Below are positions 1 to 9,477 of a DNA stretch of 64,000 bases, in pieces. This DNA is from an uncultured Nitrososphaeria archaeon. Its GTDB lineage: Archaea; Thermoproteota; Nitrososphaeria_A; Caldarchaeales; Wolframiiraptoraceae. Position numbers and translations under genes: made by a program. The stretch lies in contig CAZZKR010000022.1 of NCBI GenBank assembly GCA_964655015.1, forward strand, positions 6,583 through 70,582. Reading direction: 5' to 3'. Below the pieces are notes generated by a model. The model made no database searches. It was not told the origin of the DNA and saw only the letters and a program-made list of their open reading frames with translations. Each line of letters opens with the position of its first letter. The first letter of the stretch is position 1.

Positions 1-411
1 CTGGTCTATAATCACCAGGGAGTTAAGTTTTGACAACAGAATCCTTTCTTTTTCAGACTCATTGTCCTCAACTTCTTCGTTACCTATCAATGCCGCAAGG
101 GCTTTATCGACTTCTCTCAACAATTCGTTAAACTCTTTCGGCACAGTTGGTTCGACTACTTGATAATAGAGTCTCTCACCTTTAGCGCGCTCGTAAACAT
201 GGATGAATATCGGATCTCCAACGGGATAAAGTATGTTTATGTTATTCATGTACCTCATGTCCCTTGAAAGTTGAACATAATACGCCGGCTGAGCGATCCC
301 CTTGCTACGCAGGCTTGTCAGATACCTTGCGAGATGAGGGTTCGCTTTAACGGCCTCTGCTAGGCTCTTATCCGTTTCTTTTATTTTCTGTTCATAAGCC
401 ATCATACTCAT
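1..411 (-). CDS. arlI: Archaellum assembly ATPase ArlI/FlaI, N-terminal part (gene continues past the window start)
   Basis: Hand translation of the minus strand from ATG 409-411 gives MSMMAYEQKIKETDKSLAEAVKANPHLARYL...ERLYYQVVEPTVPKEF..., with no stop to position 1. The start overlaps the arlH stop (ATGA). Its position after FlaH matches the canonical fla operon order. Confidence 0.7.
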   Translation of the reverse strand, partial: MSMMAYEQKIKETDKSLAEAVKANPHLARYLTSLRSKGIAQPAYYVQLSRDMRYMNNINILYPVGDPIFIHVYERAKGERLYYQVVEPTVPKEFNELLREVDKALAALIGNEEVEDNESEKERILLSKLNSLVIIDQ

Positions 412-1169
412 GCCCTCGCCTGAGAGAACGGTAACACCTTAATACCGAAGGCTGTATCCACTTCAAAGCTTAGGATAACCGATGTCGATTTTATTGCGCC
501 CTTAATTTTTGGTGCCTGCAATATTCTAACCATTCTGTCACCTATCTCCTTTATTGAAAGCAGAAAATGTACATCGCAAATTGAGCGGATCCTCAACATC
601 ATTTCTTGGGTGAAGGCGTGCGTGTGAACGGTTATGATGAGAGTTTTGTTTTCCTCTTCAACCAGATTCCTCACATCTGTGAAGAAGCTTAGTATGTCCT
701 CTTCTGAAGCATATGTGGCTATGTATGTAAGCGAATCTATGACAAAGATGTCGAACGTTGGATTGTTTTTAATAAGGTTTATGATCAGATCTAGAAATTT
801 TTTCGCCAGGTCCCTTTTCCACTCTAGCTCCTTTACATGAAGTTCAGCGATCTTCAAATCGCCAGTGAGGAAATAATACTTAACATCAAACGAGACATCC
901 TCCATGTTTTTGAGTAATTGTCTATAACCACTTTCCGTTGTGACATAATAGACTCTGAGACCGCTTTGCAAAGCTCCATAAACATACTGTTGAGATAACA
1001 CACTTTTCCCGGAATCGTTAGGCCCTTCTATGAGTACGATCGACGGAATCTTTATTGGGCCTATTTTTCTATCTAGCTCTGAGTTGGAAGACGTGAATTC
1101 TTTTTTGGAGATACCTACTGTGAGCCTCTCACTCAATTTAAAAACCCCCTTCTGCTGTGGATACACCAT
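408..1169 (-). CDS. arlH: Archaellum protein ArlH/FlaH (KaiC/RecA-like ATPase)
   Basis: Walker A GPNDSGKS, RecA/KaiC-like fold signature, about 250 aa, located between FlaG/F-like genes and FlaI. Confidence 0.8.
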   Translation of the reverse strand: MVYPQQKGVFKLSERLTVGISKKEFTSSNSELDRKIGPIKIPSIVLIEGPNDSGKSVLSQQYVYGALQSGLRVYYVTTESGYRQLLKNMEDVSFDVKYYFLTGDLKIAELHVKELEWKRDLAKKFLDLIINLIKNNPTFDIFVIDSLTYIATYASEEDILSFFTDVRNLVEEENKTLIITVHTHAFTQEMMLRIRSICDVHFLLSIKEIGDRMVRILQAPKIKGAIKSTSVILSFEVDTAFGIKVLPFSQARA

Positions 1170-1707
1170 TCGGTGTCACGAATACTATGTTAACTGGATA
1201 CGTCAGATTGAGTGCGTGCTCGTTACTTAAGCTAATTATAATAAACAATTCTTCTGATGGGTCCCACTTACCACTCGAAGCGTAGGGTAGGTTTATCGGA
1301 TTCAGCACTTCGCCCACAACACCATTGGTGGAGACGGATAATACTCGCCAACCTTCATCTCTAATTGAGAACTGATCAAACGGCACCCTTACGACGGTCG
1401 GGCATGTATGGTTTACCAGTGTACCGATGACAAAAACTTCCGACATGTCAAATTGGGCTATCGGTATTGGATAGGAGCCTACGTTCTTGATTTTGACGTA
1501 AATCGTCGTGTTGCTTTGAGGCGTTACATCAAGTACCCTTATGTCAGTCTTTTCTAATGAGATGCGATGCTTAAAGGTCTCTAACCCCTCATTATACATC
1601 CTAATCCCTGTCTGCATCATATAGGACCATTGACCGAGAACCATCACAATAATTATCACAAGAATGCCTGTTGCGATTAACGTACCAAAGCTACCCAATA
1701 CGATCAC
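1138..1707 (-). CDS. Archaellum stator-like protein, ArlG/FlaG family (the F versus G assignment is tentative)
   Basis: N-terminal hydrophobic helix (GTLIATGILVIIIVMVLG) followed by a beta-rich soluble domain. Operon position is directly upstream of arlH. Confidence 0.55.
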   Translation of the reverse strand: MIVLGSFGTLIATGILVIIIVMVLGQWSYMMQTGIRMYNEGLETFKHRISLEKTDIRVLDVTPQSNTTIYVKIKNVGSYPIPIAQFDMSEVFVIGTLVNHTCPTVVRVPFDQFSIRDEGWRVLSVSTNGVVGEVLNPINLPYASSGKWDPSEELFIIISLSNEHALNLTYPVNIVFVTPNGVSTAEGGF

Positions 1708-2198
1708 CTCGTTATGGAAAACGTGAAGTCCGTATACTGGCCCGTGTAGATAGTGAATCTAAGAAAGTAATCCCCGCTTTGCAGACTGGATGCCCATTCT
1801 ATCGTTACCTCAATTGTTTCGCCGGGGTCCCATCTGCCGTCGTTATCAACATCGGTTACAAGCTCATATCGCCATCTTGGTAGATTCGCCCCTCCGTAAG
1901 GTACGTGCTGCAGAGATGCTTTAGGACCGAAGAAGATGTCTGATAATTCCATCAGATCTGAGGGTATGTCCTCTTGACCGACGTTCTTTAACCAAACTTT
2001 AATTACTGTATCGCTTACTGGAGCGGCGAAGATTATTTTCACACTAGTCTTTAGTTCGCGCCCTGCTTGATTGATTGCAAATTTGTTTGCATCAGAGACC
2101 GCATATAGACCGGACATAAAGGTGGTTGCGAACACTGAAGTGGCGACAATTGCGGCAACCATTATTATCGCCTCGCTGATAAACGTCGTCGAGACCAT
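1704..2198 (-). CDS. Archaellum stator-like protein, ArlF/FlaF family (the F versus G assignment is tentative)
   Basis: N-terminal helix SEAIIMVAAIVATSVFATTF plus a beta-sandwich-like C-terminus. 4-nt overlap with the next gene. Confidence 0.55.
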   Translation of the reverse strand: MVSTTFISEAIIMVAAIVATSVFATTFMSGLYAVSDANKFAINQAGRELKTSVKIIFAAPVSDTVIKVWLKNVGQEDIPSDLMELSDIFFGPKASLQHVPYGGANLPRWRYELVTDVDNDGRWDPGETIEVTIEWASSLQSGDYFLRFTIYTGQYTDFTFSITR

Positions 2199-2204
2199 AC
2201 AACA

Positions 2205-2843
2205 TCACTCCCTTCTATGTGCTGCGTTATTGGGCTGGAGTTTGTTAATGATGAGTAACAGAAGCATAAAGAGCGGATCATCGTCCCCTTCCGCTAACTT
2301 ATTCAAAAGGTACGCGGATATCAAACCATCTTCAATCATTAACGTCTTTTGAGAATTTGGACTTTGTGCTTCGTTTTCGAACTTCTTGAGTATCTCCAAG
2401 GATTCTATTATTTGAATAATTACATCGGATGGTATTAGCGACCTCCACGATGTGGAGCTAAGCATACTCAGCAGTCGTTCATGTCCTATAAGCCTCACCA
2501 TTAAACTCGTAAGTACCAAAACATTAAGAAATTTTGTTACACTTGAATTACAATGTCTGGCTGGTGAACGTGAGTGAGCTGTCCCCTCCAAGGTACGCTC
2601 TGCTTGGGTCATCTGTTGGTGCGGGTTTTGCTCGGCTTTTCCAATTCCGTTGCTAGGCCTTAACTCCTTCACAGGGAATGTGCCGATGAGTTTCGTGACA
2701 TACTCAAATGGGTTCTCTAGTTCGTTTATCAAACCCCTGATATCCATCAAAGTCTTTTCTAGAGGCTCCTTCATTTTCTGGATTTCTTCTTCTAACGTCT
2801 TGACTCTTTTTTCTATATCGTCATGCTTTTTATCCACCGACAA
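2205..2843 (-). CDS. Archaellum accessory protein, ArlC/D/E (FlaD/E)-like
   Basis: N-terminal coiled coil (EKRVKTLEEEIQKMKEPLEK), then ENPFEYV and a C-terminal helical domain resembling FlaD/E. Operon context supports the call. Confidence 0.5.
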   Translation of the reverse strand: MSVDKKHDDIEKRVKTLEEEIQKMKEPLEKTLMDIRGLINELENPFEYVTKLIGTFPVKELRPSNGIGKAEQNPHQQMTQAERTLEGTAHSRSPARHCNSSVTKFLNVLVLTSLMVRLIGHERLLSMLSSTSWRSLIPSDVIIQIIESLEILKKFENEAQSPNSQKTLMIEDGLISAYLLNKLAEGDDDPLFMLLLLIINKLQPNNAAHRRE

Positions 2844-2856
2844 CTTACGTCACCCT

Positions 2857-3372
2857 TCACACTTTTCTGATCACGTATTCGCAGAATTGTTTGTTCTTCA
2901 GTTGACATTCACTCTCAACAACATGCACCCTATTCCCCAGAAGCTTTGCGAATATCGATTTTAGCATGCCACGCATAAAATTGCAGAAGCGCGAATTTTC
3001 TTGCCCGTCTATGTTGTGTTCTTGCTCTAAGAGCATAAACAAGACGGGATTGTTACTAACGCGGATATGATATTCCTCAACATTACTACTTGGGACTTTT
3101 GATTCAAAAAACCAGACCTTTTCGACATAGTTGTTTTCTATTAGAAGTTTCGAGATTCTTTTAAAAACCTCGTGAATGTCTAATCCATTCTTATTATTGA
3201 AGGAGTCGTTTTCTTGTAAGAATGAGTCGACAATTTTGCACCCTTCAGCAACCCCAAGCATGAAGAATATCGCGTTGCATGCTGAGTTACCAAACAGTTT
3301 TGCGAGTATGTTACTTATATAAAGCAGGGTGCGCCATTCTAAAACTTCCCCATGCATGCTTTTTTGCGTCAT
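2857..3372 (-). CDS. V4R-domain-like small-molecule-binding protein, first gene of the archaellum operon
   Basis: The C-terminal pattern FCNFMRGMLKSIF...VVESECQLKNKQFCEYVI resembles the V4R signature (C..G...E.kC...g...C.f.i). Confidence 0.4.
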   Translation of the reverse strand: MTQKSMHGEVLEWRTLLYISNILAKLFGNSACNAIFFMLGVAEGCKIVDSFLQENDSFNNKNGLDIHEVFKRISKLLIENNYVEKVWFFESKVPSSNVEEYHIRVSNNPVLFMLLEQEHNIDGQENSRFCNFMRGMLKSIFAKLLGNRVHVVESECQLKNKQFCEYVIRKV

Positions 3373-3496
3373 TACCTATTCACCCTCTGTCTGATTTTTG
3401 TATTATCAAAATATTATTTAAGTTTTTCTAAAATTGCTCGAAAAATTTAAATAACTGTAATATTATGATACTACTGAAGTAAAAGTGGTGATTGAC

Positions 3497-4096
3497 ATGA
3501 AAAGTACTCCAATACAGAAAAAACGTGCACGAAATAGGGGGTTAACGGGGTTGGAGACCGCCATCATACTTATTGCCTTCGTGGTAGTTGCTGCTGCCTT
3601 TGCGTTTGCCGTGTTGAACCTCGGCTTCACGACGACCCAAAAGAGTTCGGAGGTCATAAGGGCGGGACTTAGTGAGGCCACCTCTGCGATAGAGTTGAGC
3701 GGTGGGGTTATAGCAAGGTCTGAGGAAGTGAATGGCAAGCGATACGTGTCTAACATAACGATTTACATCAAAACCGGCCCTGGGAAGGAACCTATAGACA
3801 TGAGCGACAAAACACTCACGGTAAGTTATATGGACCCGCACGTTCATGTTGCACGGTTAATCAACGGTACCAATCTAATAGTCAGCGAAGTAAGGGGTGA
3901 CGGCGACGTTCTAATAGAGTACGGTGAAACATGGCAAATAACCATAAAGATGGACGTGATTTATGGTGGTTTGACGAACATTAAGGTTGGAGCGAACGAT
4001 AAGTTCGTCGTAGAAATAAAGCCTGCTGTCGGTGCGATGCTGACCGTCGAGCGCATCCTCCCGCCCTCTATAGACCCACTAATGAACCTAGGATAG
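3497..4096 (+). CDS. arlB: Archaellin ArlB/FlaB
   Basis: Class III signal peptide MKSTPIQKKRARNRG|LTGLETAIILIAFVVVAAAFAF followed by a beta-rich domain. The ORF track begins at GTG 3485; ATG 3497 is the more likely start. Confidence 0.8.
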   Translation: MKSTPIQKKRARNRGLTGLETAIILIAFVVVAAAFAFAVLNLGFTTTQKSSEVIRAGLSEATSAIELSGGVIARSEEVNGKRYVSNITIYIKTGPGKEPIDMSDKTLTVSYMDPHVHVARLINGTNLIVSEVRGDGDVLIEYGETWQITIKMDVIYGGLTNIKVGANDKFVVEIKPAVGAMLTVERILPPSIDPLMNLG

Positions 4097-4169
4097 CCAG
4101 CCAATATCCCCCTAAATTTCCCCTTTCTTTTTTATTTTTTCAAAAAACTAAAAATAGGGCGGCTTTAGT

Positions 4170-4442
4170 ATGCTTTCTGCCATGGACCCACAAAAAGTGA
4201 TAAAAAGAGTCGTCATAACCCAAGACACCGTCCCACTTGTCGAGAAAGAGAACAAGATAACGTTCATAGTCGACATTAGGGCAACGAAGAAGCAGATAAA
4301 GGATGCCGTGGAGAAGCTTTACGAAGTTAAAGTGGAAAAGGTTAACACGCTGATAACGCCGCTCGGTGAGAAGAAGGCATTCGTGAAGCTTAGGCCAGAA
4401 TACAGCGCATCCGAACTTGCGGTTAAGCTCGGAATATTCTAA
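4170..4442 (+). CDS. rpl23: 50S ribosomal protein L23 (uL23)
   Basis: [18 protein letters not shown] motif, about 85-90 aa, directly upstream of L2. Confidence 0.9.
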   Translation: MLSAMDPQKVIKRVVITQDTVPLVEKENKITFIVDIRATKKQIKDAVEKLYEVKVEKVNTLITPLGEKKAFVKLRPEYSASELAVKLGIF

Positions 4443-4515
4443 ACCTATCAAAAGCTCTTAAGGTAGTTCTTAGCTATTTTCGACGGTCGCTTAGGGCTAA
4501 GATGGTGGCATCAGT

Positions 4516-5241
4516 ATGGGAAGAAACATAAGGGCTCAAAGACTCGGCAGAGGCTCGCCAAGCTTCGTCGCCTCACTTAGGAGAAAGTTTCAACTGGGAT
4601 TCCCCTCAAGTCTTGTAGAGGCAGGGAAGACGCTCGTAGGTATCGTGAGAAGGTTTTATCACGACCCTGGCCGTGGCGCTCCCGTGGCTGAGGTGGAGCT
4701 CCAAAATGGTGAATGCTTCGCTATAGCAGCAGTAGAAGGCATGAGCGAGGGACAAAAGATTTACATAGGCTCGGACGCACCCGTCCAACCCGGGAATATC
4801 CTTCCGCTTGGTAAACTGCCAGAAGGAACGGTAGTGTCTTCAATCGAGCTTAGACCTGGAGATGGGGGTAAATTAGCCCGCTCCTCGGGTACTTACGCTA
4901 CCGTTATGGCACAGATGGGTGACAAGACGTTAGTGAGGTTGCCGTCAAAGAAGATCGTGGAGTTGAGCTCTAAGGCCCTTGCGGTAATCGGTGTGGTAGC
5001 AGGGGGCGGAAGACCAGATAAACCGTTCTTGAAAGCCGGCAAGAAATTCTACTGGATGAAGGCTAAAAGAAGGCCCTATCCGAGGGTTAGAGGTGTCGCG
5101 ATGGCACCTGCCTTCCATCCTTTCGGTGGTGGTAGCCATAAGCGCATAGGCAGGCCTGAAACGGTTTCTAGGAATGCACCTCCTGGAAGAAAGGTCGGTC
5201 TTATAGCTGCTAGGAGAACCGGAAGGAAAAAGAAAACCTAA
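4516..5241 (+). CDS. rpl2: 50S ribosomal protein L2 (uL2)
   Basis: GRNIRAQRLGRGS..., VRGVAMAPAFHPFGGG, basic C-terminal tail. Confidence 0.95.
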   Translation: MGRNIRAQRLGRGSPSFVASLRRKFQLGFPSSLVEAGKTLVGIVRRFYHDPGRGAPVAEVELQNGECFAIAAVEGMSEGQKIYIGSDAPVQPGNILPLGKLPEGTVVSSIELRPGDGGKLARSSGTYATVMAQMGDKTLVRLPSKKIVELSSKALAVIGVVAGGGRPDKPFLKAGKKFYWMKAKRRPYPRVRGVAMAPAFHPFGGGSHKRIGRPETVSRNAPPGRKVGLIAARRTGRKKKT

Positions 5242-5285
5242 ACCCTTAATAAAAACCGTTATGATATGATCCTTGCTGACCTTAA

Positions 5286-5684
5286 ATGGTAAGGGAATTC
5301 CTCTACAGGGGTTACACACTGGAGCAGCTCAAGTCCATGAGCATGGACCAGTTCATTAAGTTACTTCCGAGTAGGCAGAGAAGGAGTTTGGGAAAGAGAG
5401 GTTTAACGCAGGCGCAACTGAAGCTTCTCGCTAAAATTAGAAAGTACAAGAAGCTTGGGATTCAAAAGCCGATCAAGACGCATGCAAGAGACATGATAAT
5501 ATTGCCCGAGATGGTTGGGTTAACTATACATGTACACAACGGAAAGGATTTCGTACCGGTTGAGATAGTTCCGGAGATGATCGGCCATAGGTTGGGTGAG
5601 TTTGCGATAACGAATAAGCGTGTTATACATGGAAGGGCCGGCGTCGGTGCTACAAGATCCAGCATGTACGTACCGCTAAAGTAA
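5286..5684 (+). CDS. rps19: 30S ribosomal protein S19 (uS19)
   Basis: [29 protein letters not shown]...GHRLGEFA. Confidence 0.95.
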   Translation: MVREFLYRGYTLEQLKSMSMDQFIKLLPSRQRRSLGKRGLTQAQLKLLAKIRKYKKLGIQKPIKTHARDMIILPEMVGLTIHVHNGKDFVPVEIVPEMIGHRLGEFAITNKRVIHGRAGVGATRSSMYVPLK

Positions 5685-5685
5685 A

Positions 5686-6531
5686 TCACATTTTTAATTC
5701 TAACGATATCAATCCAGAATATACAAGCGTGTAAGCGGTTATGGCACCTACAATTGTCGCAATCAGGTTTACCATGTTATTATCGATGTACTTAATCCCC
5801 TTCAAGAGCTGAGTTTCGACGTTACAATGGACATTCTTCTCGGTCATCTTACCGCATACCCTGCATTTGTATACTGCCTGTGCCGTGGCTCCTATAAGGC
5901 TATCAAAAGTAGCGCCTAGGAAACTAGATATGATTACGATTGCTAACAAGCTCAAAAATACCGACAGCTTATCTCCAGCAGGTAAAAATAACACGGTCGC
6001 CGGAACTATCGTAAAAGCGCTGAGAAGCTGCGCTGCGGTTCCATAGGGCGATACCCCTCCGGGTGTTCCGGCGGGTACGGGTTTCATGTTTGTTATTAAT
6101 CTCGGCTCCCGCGGGTATAACAGACCTATCTCTGTAGCAAGTGTGTCAGCATAGGCGGTTGAGATGGCGCCCAAATATGCTGCCAAGAACTCAGGTCTTG
6201 TTGTGCTGTTTGTGTATGCAGATGCACAAACAATCGCCATTGCTACGCCGCCGTTCGCAAGCACGTTCTTCCATCCTCTAGCACCGAGCTTCTCCTCTGC
6301 AGCACCTTTGAGCCTTTTATCCTCATAACGTATTTTTGTCATTAAACCCGCTACGATATAGAATATTAGTAGTGGAACAAAGAAGAGCTTATCACCGAAT
6401 ATGTATATTGTGTAACCAACGACAAATGACGAAATCAGGCCGCTTGGGTCGACGAAGCCTGCTTTGATGGAGAGTAGCGTAATGATTACCATAACGATTG
6501 TCGCCTCTATGATTAACCCTACCGAGAACAA
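5686..6531 (-). CDS. DUF92/TMEM19-family integral membrane protein
   Basis: Multi-pass membrane protein carrying the GARGWKNVLANGG motif typical of DUF92. Confidence 0.6.
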   Translation of the reverse strand: MFSVGLIIEATIVMVIITLLSIKAGFVDPSGLISSFVVGYTIYIFGDKLFFVPLLIFYIVAGLMTKIRYEDKRLKGAAEEKLGARGWKNVLANGGVAMAIVCASAYTNSTTRPEFLAAYLGAISTAYADTLATEIGLLYPREPRLITNMKPVPAGTPGGVSPYGTAAQLLSAFTIVPATVLFLPAGDKLSVFLSLLAIVIISSFLGATFDSLIGATAQAVYKCRVCGKMTEKNVHCNVETQLLKGIKYIDNNMVNLIATIVGAITAYTLVYSGLISLELKM

Positions 6532-6542
6532 AGTAGATGCCC

Positions 6543-7841
6543 CTATTGTTTCTTGAAAACATTCAAGAGTGCGCTTTCGTCATCAAGCTTCGTCTCCACT
6601 TGCGTCCTCGTCTGTAAATCTCTTATTGTAACAGTATTCTGCTGAGCTTCTCGTTCACCGACTATGACTAACCATCTTATGCCTTTCTTTTCACAATACT
6701 CTATGGCCGCTGGTATCCTTTTTCCTATAACATCCAACTCTAGCGTCATGCCTAGATTTCGTATAGTCGCGGCCGCCTTTACTGCGTATCGTAAGCTTCC
6801 CTCACCAACGCTCACAAGGAGGGCATCGATCTTTGGTGTATTGTAATATTGTGTTCCGACTTTTTCTACAATGTACTGTTGGATTCTGGTGATACCTATG
6901 GCGCAACCCACGGCAGGCAAAGACTTTCCACCGAACAACTCCGTAAGCTTGTCGTATCTACCGCCACCGTTAAAGGCTATGTCTATGCCCGGCACATACT
7001 GTTCAAATATGAAGCCCGTATAGTAGGCCAAGCCTCTAGCAAAACCGAGGTCTACAATAATCTTCGAATCAACACCCGCACTACGCGCAAAGTCTATTAT
7101 CTCGGACAAATTATCTAATGCCTTGATAGCCTTATCCCATGACGACATTAGGTCGTAACCTTTTTTCAGAACTTCCTCGGCACTGCCGGAGATGTTTACC
7201 AATTTCTCGATAACTTTTTTCTCATCACATTCTTTCATGAACGAAAGTGCCTCAGTAAACCTTTTTCTATCAAGCAAAGAGAGCACAACGTCTTGCTCGG
7301 CTTCACTCATGCCCGCAGTCTCCATCAAAGACCTGAGTGTTCCAACGTGACCGACTTTAAAAAAGTGCTCTTTCAGGCCGACCATGTTAAACACGTCCCT
7401 GCTGACCTGGATTATTTCAGCATCTGCTGCAGGGCTGGAACTGCCGAACAATTCGAAGCCGCCGTGGTAAAATCTCCTTCTCCTTCCCCATTGGGGCTCA
7501 TCATAACGATAGCAGTCTGCTATGTATCCCAACCTAATAGGCAGCGGTGCACTCTTAAGTTTAGTGGCCACGAGCCTGGCAACTGGCGCTGTCATCTCAG
7601 GCCTAAGGACGAGTTTCCTTCCGGATTTGTCCACGAAGGTAAACATCCTCTCCCTCAGTTCTTCGCCCGATTTTGCCTCGAAGATTTCATAATGCTCGAC
7701 GGTAGGTGTTTCTATCTCTTGGTAGCCATACTTGTTGAATACTTTTCTCACAACATCCTCGATTGCTCTCTTGACCGTCATCTCTTCTGGTAGTAGGTCA
7801 TCCATGCCCCTGACGGTCGAAAGTCTTATTTCCCTTGACAT
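6543..7841 (-). CDS. hisS: Histidyl-tRNA synthetase
   Basis: Class II motifs: RGMDDLLP, LRPEMTAPVAR, CYRYDEPQ.GR.R.F, GGGRYD. Confidence 0.95.
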   Translation of the reverse strand: MSREIRLSTVRGMDDLLPEEMTVKRAIEDVVRKVFNKYGYQEIETPTVEHYEIFEAKSGEELRERMFTFVDKSGRKLVLRPEMTAPVARLVATKLKSAPLPIRLGYIADCYRYDEPQWGRRRRFYHGGFELFGSSSPAADAEIIQVSRDVFNMVGLKEHFFKVGHVGTLRSLMETAGMSEAEQDVVLSLLDRKRFTEALSFMKECDEKKVIEKLVNISGSAEEVLKKGYDLMSSWDKAIKALDNLSEIIDFARSAGVDSKIIVDLGFARGLAYYTGFIFEQYVPGIDIAFNGGGRYDKLTELFGGKSLPAVGCAIGITRIQQYIVEKVGTQYYNTPKIDALLVSVGEGSLRYAVKAAATIRNLGMTLELDVIGKRIPAAIEYCEKKGIRWLVIVGEREAQQNTVTIRDLQTRTQVETKLDDESALLNVFKKQ

Positions 7842-8009
7842 ATGTCGCTAGGAACTTTCATAAAAATGCAATATAAAGGTTAGGCTAAACTTTTGCAGAC
7901 CTTCAATGAAGCATGCATGTTACAAAAAGTTAAATTTTGCGTAAGATGAAATTGTAAGTAGACCCAACAATGTACGTGGTGTAGAGCCCTGAGCGAATCA
8001 CGAGAAGAT

Positions 8010-8933
8010 TTGTGTAATGTATGCAACAAAGGCAAGGTCGTATACTTTAGGGCGTATTCTGGCGAGAGGTTGTGCTCAAGGTGCTTTACGAAGACATTCG
8101 AAAAGAGGGTTGCGAAGACCATAGCTAAATACGATATGCTGAGATACGATGATAGGATAGCGGTAGCGGTCTCTGGAGGAAAGGACAGCCTGGCGTTACT
8201 GAGGGTTCTAGCGAAAATTGAGGCCAAATTTCCAGAATCGAGTATAGTCGCAATAACGGTTGATGAGGGTATAAGCGTTTACAGAGATGAAGCTATAAAA
8301 AATGCAGAAGACTTCATCTCTAAAATGGGTAATATCGAACACGTAAAGGTGAGCTTCAAAGAACTTTTCGGCTTTACCTTAGACGATGTAGTGAGAAATG
8401 GTGATGTAGATAGGGCAGGCATTAAACCTTGTACGGTTTGCGGCATACTCAGAAGGAGAGCTTTGGACATCGCGGCTAGACAAGTCGGTGCGAGCGTCAT
8501 AGCAACAGCCCACACCCTGGATGATGTCGTCCAGACGTACCTCATGAATATGTTCAGGGGCGATATAGACAAGCAACCGTTTGGTATAAGAATGGAAATC
8601 GAAGGTTTCGTTCCAAGGGTTGCACCGTTTAAGCTCACACCGGAGAGTGAGGTTGTAATGTACGCATACTTACACAATATACCGTTCCAATCTTACGTCT
8701 GTCCATATGCGAGAACCTCGATGCGCGATATGATTAGGAACTTTTTAACCGAGTACGAAGAGAACTATCCTGGGACGCTTTACACGGCTTTGACATCGTT
8801 TGAAAAGTTGATAAAACCATCGAGTGTTTCGCTCCAAAAATGCGAGGTGTGCGGTGTCCCTACTAGCAGAAGAATTTGCAGAGCATGCGAGATACTTAAG
8901 CAGCTTAAAATAAGAGAGGTTTCAATTCAATAA
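8010..8933 (+). CDS. tRNA 2-thiolation PP-loop ATPase, NcsA/Ncs6/TtuA family
   Basis: N-terminal CxxC...CxxC finger, PP-loop SGGKDS, C-terminal CEVCG...CRAC finger. Confidence 0.8.
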   Translation: MCNVCNKGKVVYFRAYSGERLCSRCFTKTFEKRVAKTIAKYDMLRYDDRIAVAVSGGKDSLALLRVLAKIEAKFPESSIVAITVDEGISVYRDEAIKNAEDFISKMGNIEHVKVSFKELFGFTLDDVVRNGDVDRAGIKPCTVCGILRRRALDIAARQVGASVIATAHTLDDVVQTYLMNMFRGDIDKQPFGIRMEIEGFVPRVAPFKLTPESEVVMYAYLHNIPFQSYVCPYARTSMRDMIRNFLTEYEENYPGTLYTALTSFEKLIKPSSVSLQKCEVCGVPTSRRICRACEILKQLKIREVSIQ

Positions 8934-9031
8934 AATATATGTGAGCATATTAATGCTTACTTAATTTTGCACAAGTAGGCCCTTCTATTTCGTGAATGTA
9001 TGGAAAAATTATTGATTGGGATTTTTGTTGT

Positions 9032-9364
9032 CTATTTCTCGCATCCTATTCCGTCTTTGTCTTTATCGAATCCGTGCGGGTCTGGTGGGAGTACCCTGAA
9101 GTTCCTGTACTCGACATCACTGCACTTCAGGTACGGCGGTGGAGGAGGAATGCATACGTCGGGATACGAGGGGTCGCAGCTCTGAGTAGTAGGTGACGTA
9201 GTGATAGTTGTTGGCTTCTCGGCAGTAGTCGGGGTCATGCTCTCAGTCTCTGTATGGGTTGCTATAGTCGTTGACGGAGGAGAAGCAGGAGGGGAAAAGA
9301 TGGAAGCCACGAAAAGTAGCACGACCACGACGAGAATCACTATAACTAGAAGGACCTTCTTCAT
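9032..9364 (-). CDS. Small secreted or anchored protein with a Thr/Pro linker and a C-terminal Excalibur-like Ca-binding motif
   Basis: N-terminal TM segment (VLLVIVILVVVVLLFV), T/P-rich linker, C-terminal DKDKDGIGCE resembling the Excalibur DxDxDGxxCE motif. Confidence 0.5.
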   Translation of the reverse strand: MKKVLLVIVILVVVVLLFVASIFSPPASPPSTTIATHTETESMTPTTAEKPTTITTSPTTQSCDPSYPDVCIPPPPPYLKCSDVEYRNFRVLPPDPHGFDKDKDGIGCEK

Positions 9365-9477
9365 AATTATAATGATGGTAGTTTGGTCTTAATAAAACTT
9401 TAAGACGCACTTTAGTGAACAACATCACAACTAGATAGATAAAAGATATGTTGATTGTAAGTATAACATTATTTCGA

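Noticed and set aside
3463-3847. Two minus-strand ORFs (97 and 101 aa) overlapping the archaellin gene
   Set aside because: They are antisense to a gene with a clear class III signal peptide and show no motifs.
7293-7793. Long antisense ORFs inside hisS, iorA, ncsA, alaX, OFOR, HdrA and others (for example 7293..7793, 10177..10734, 11404..11889, 8279..8677, 43658..44041, 50409..50771)
   Set aside because: Each lies opposite a gene with strong family motifs. They show low-complexity or atypical composition and no motifs of their own.
7842-8009. Candidate box C/D sRNA in the hisS/ncsA intergenic region (AAGATGAAA ... CCCTGAGC)
   Set aside because: The C box is imperfect and no internal D'/C' boxes are present. 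Similar weak matches at 12.0 kb and 16.5 kb were rejected for the same reason.
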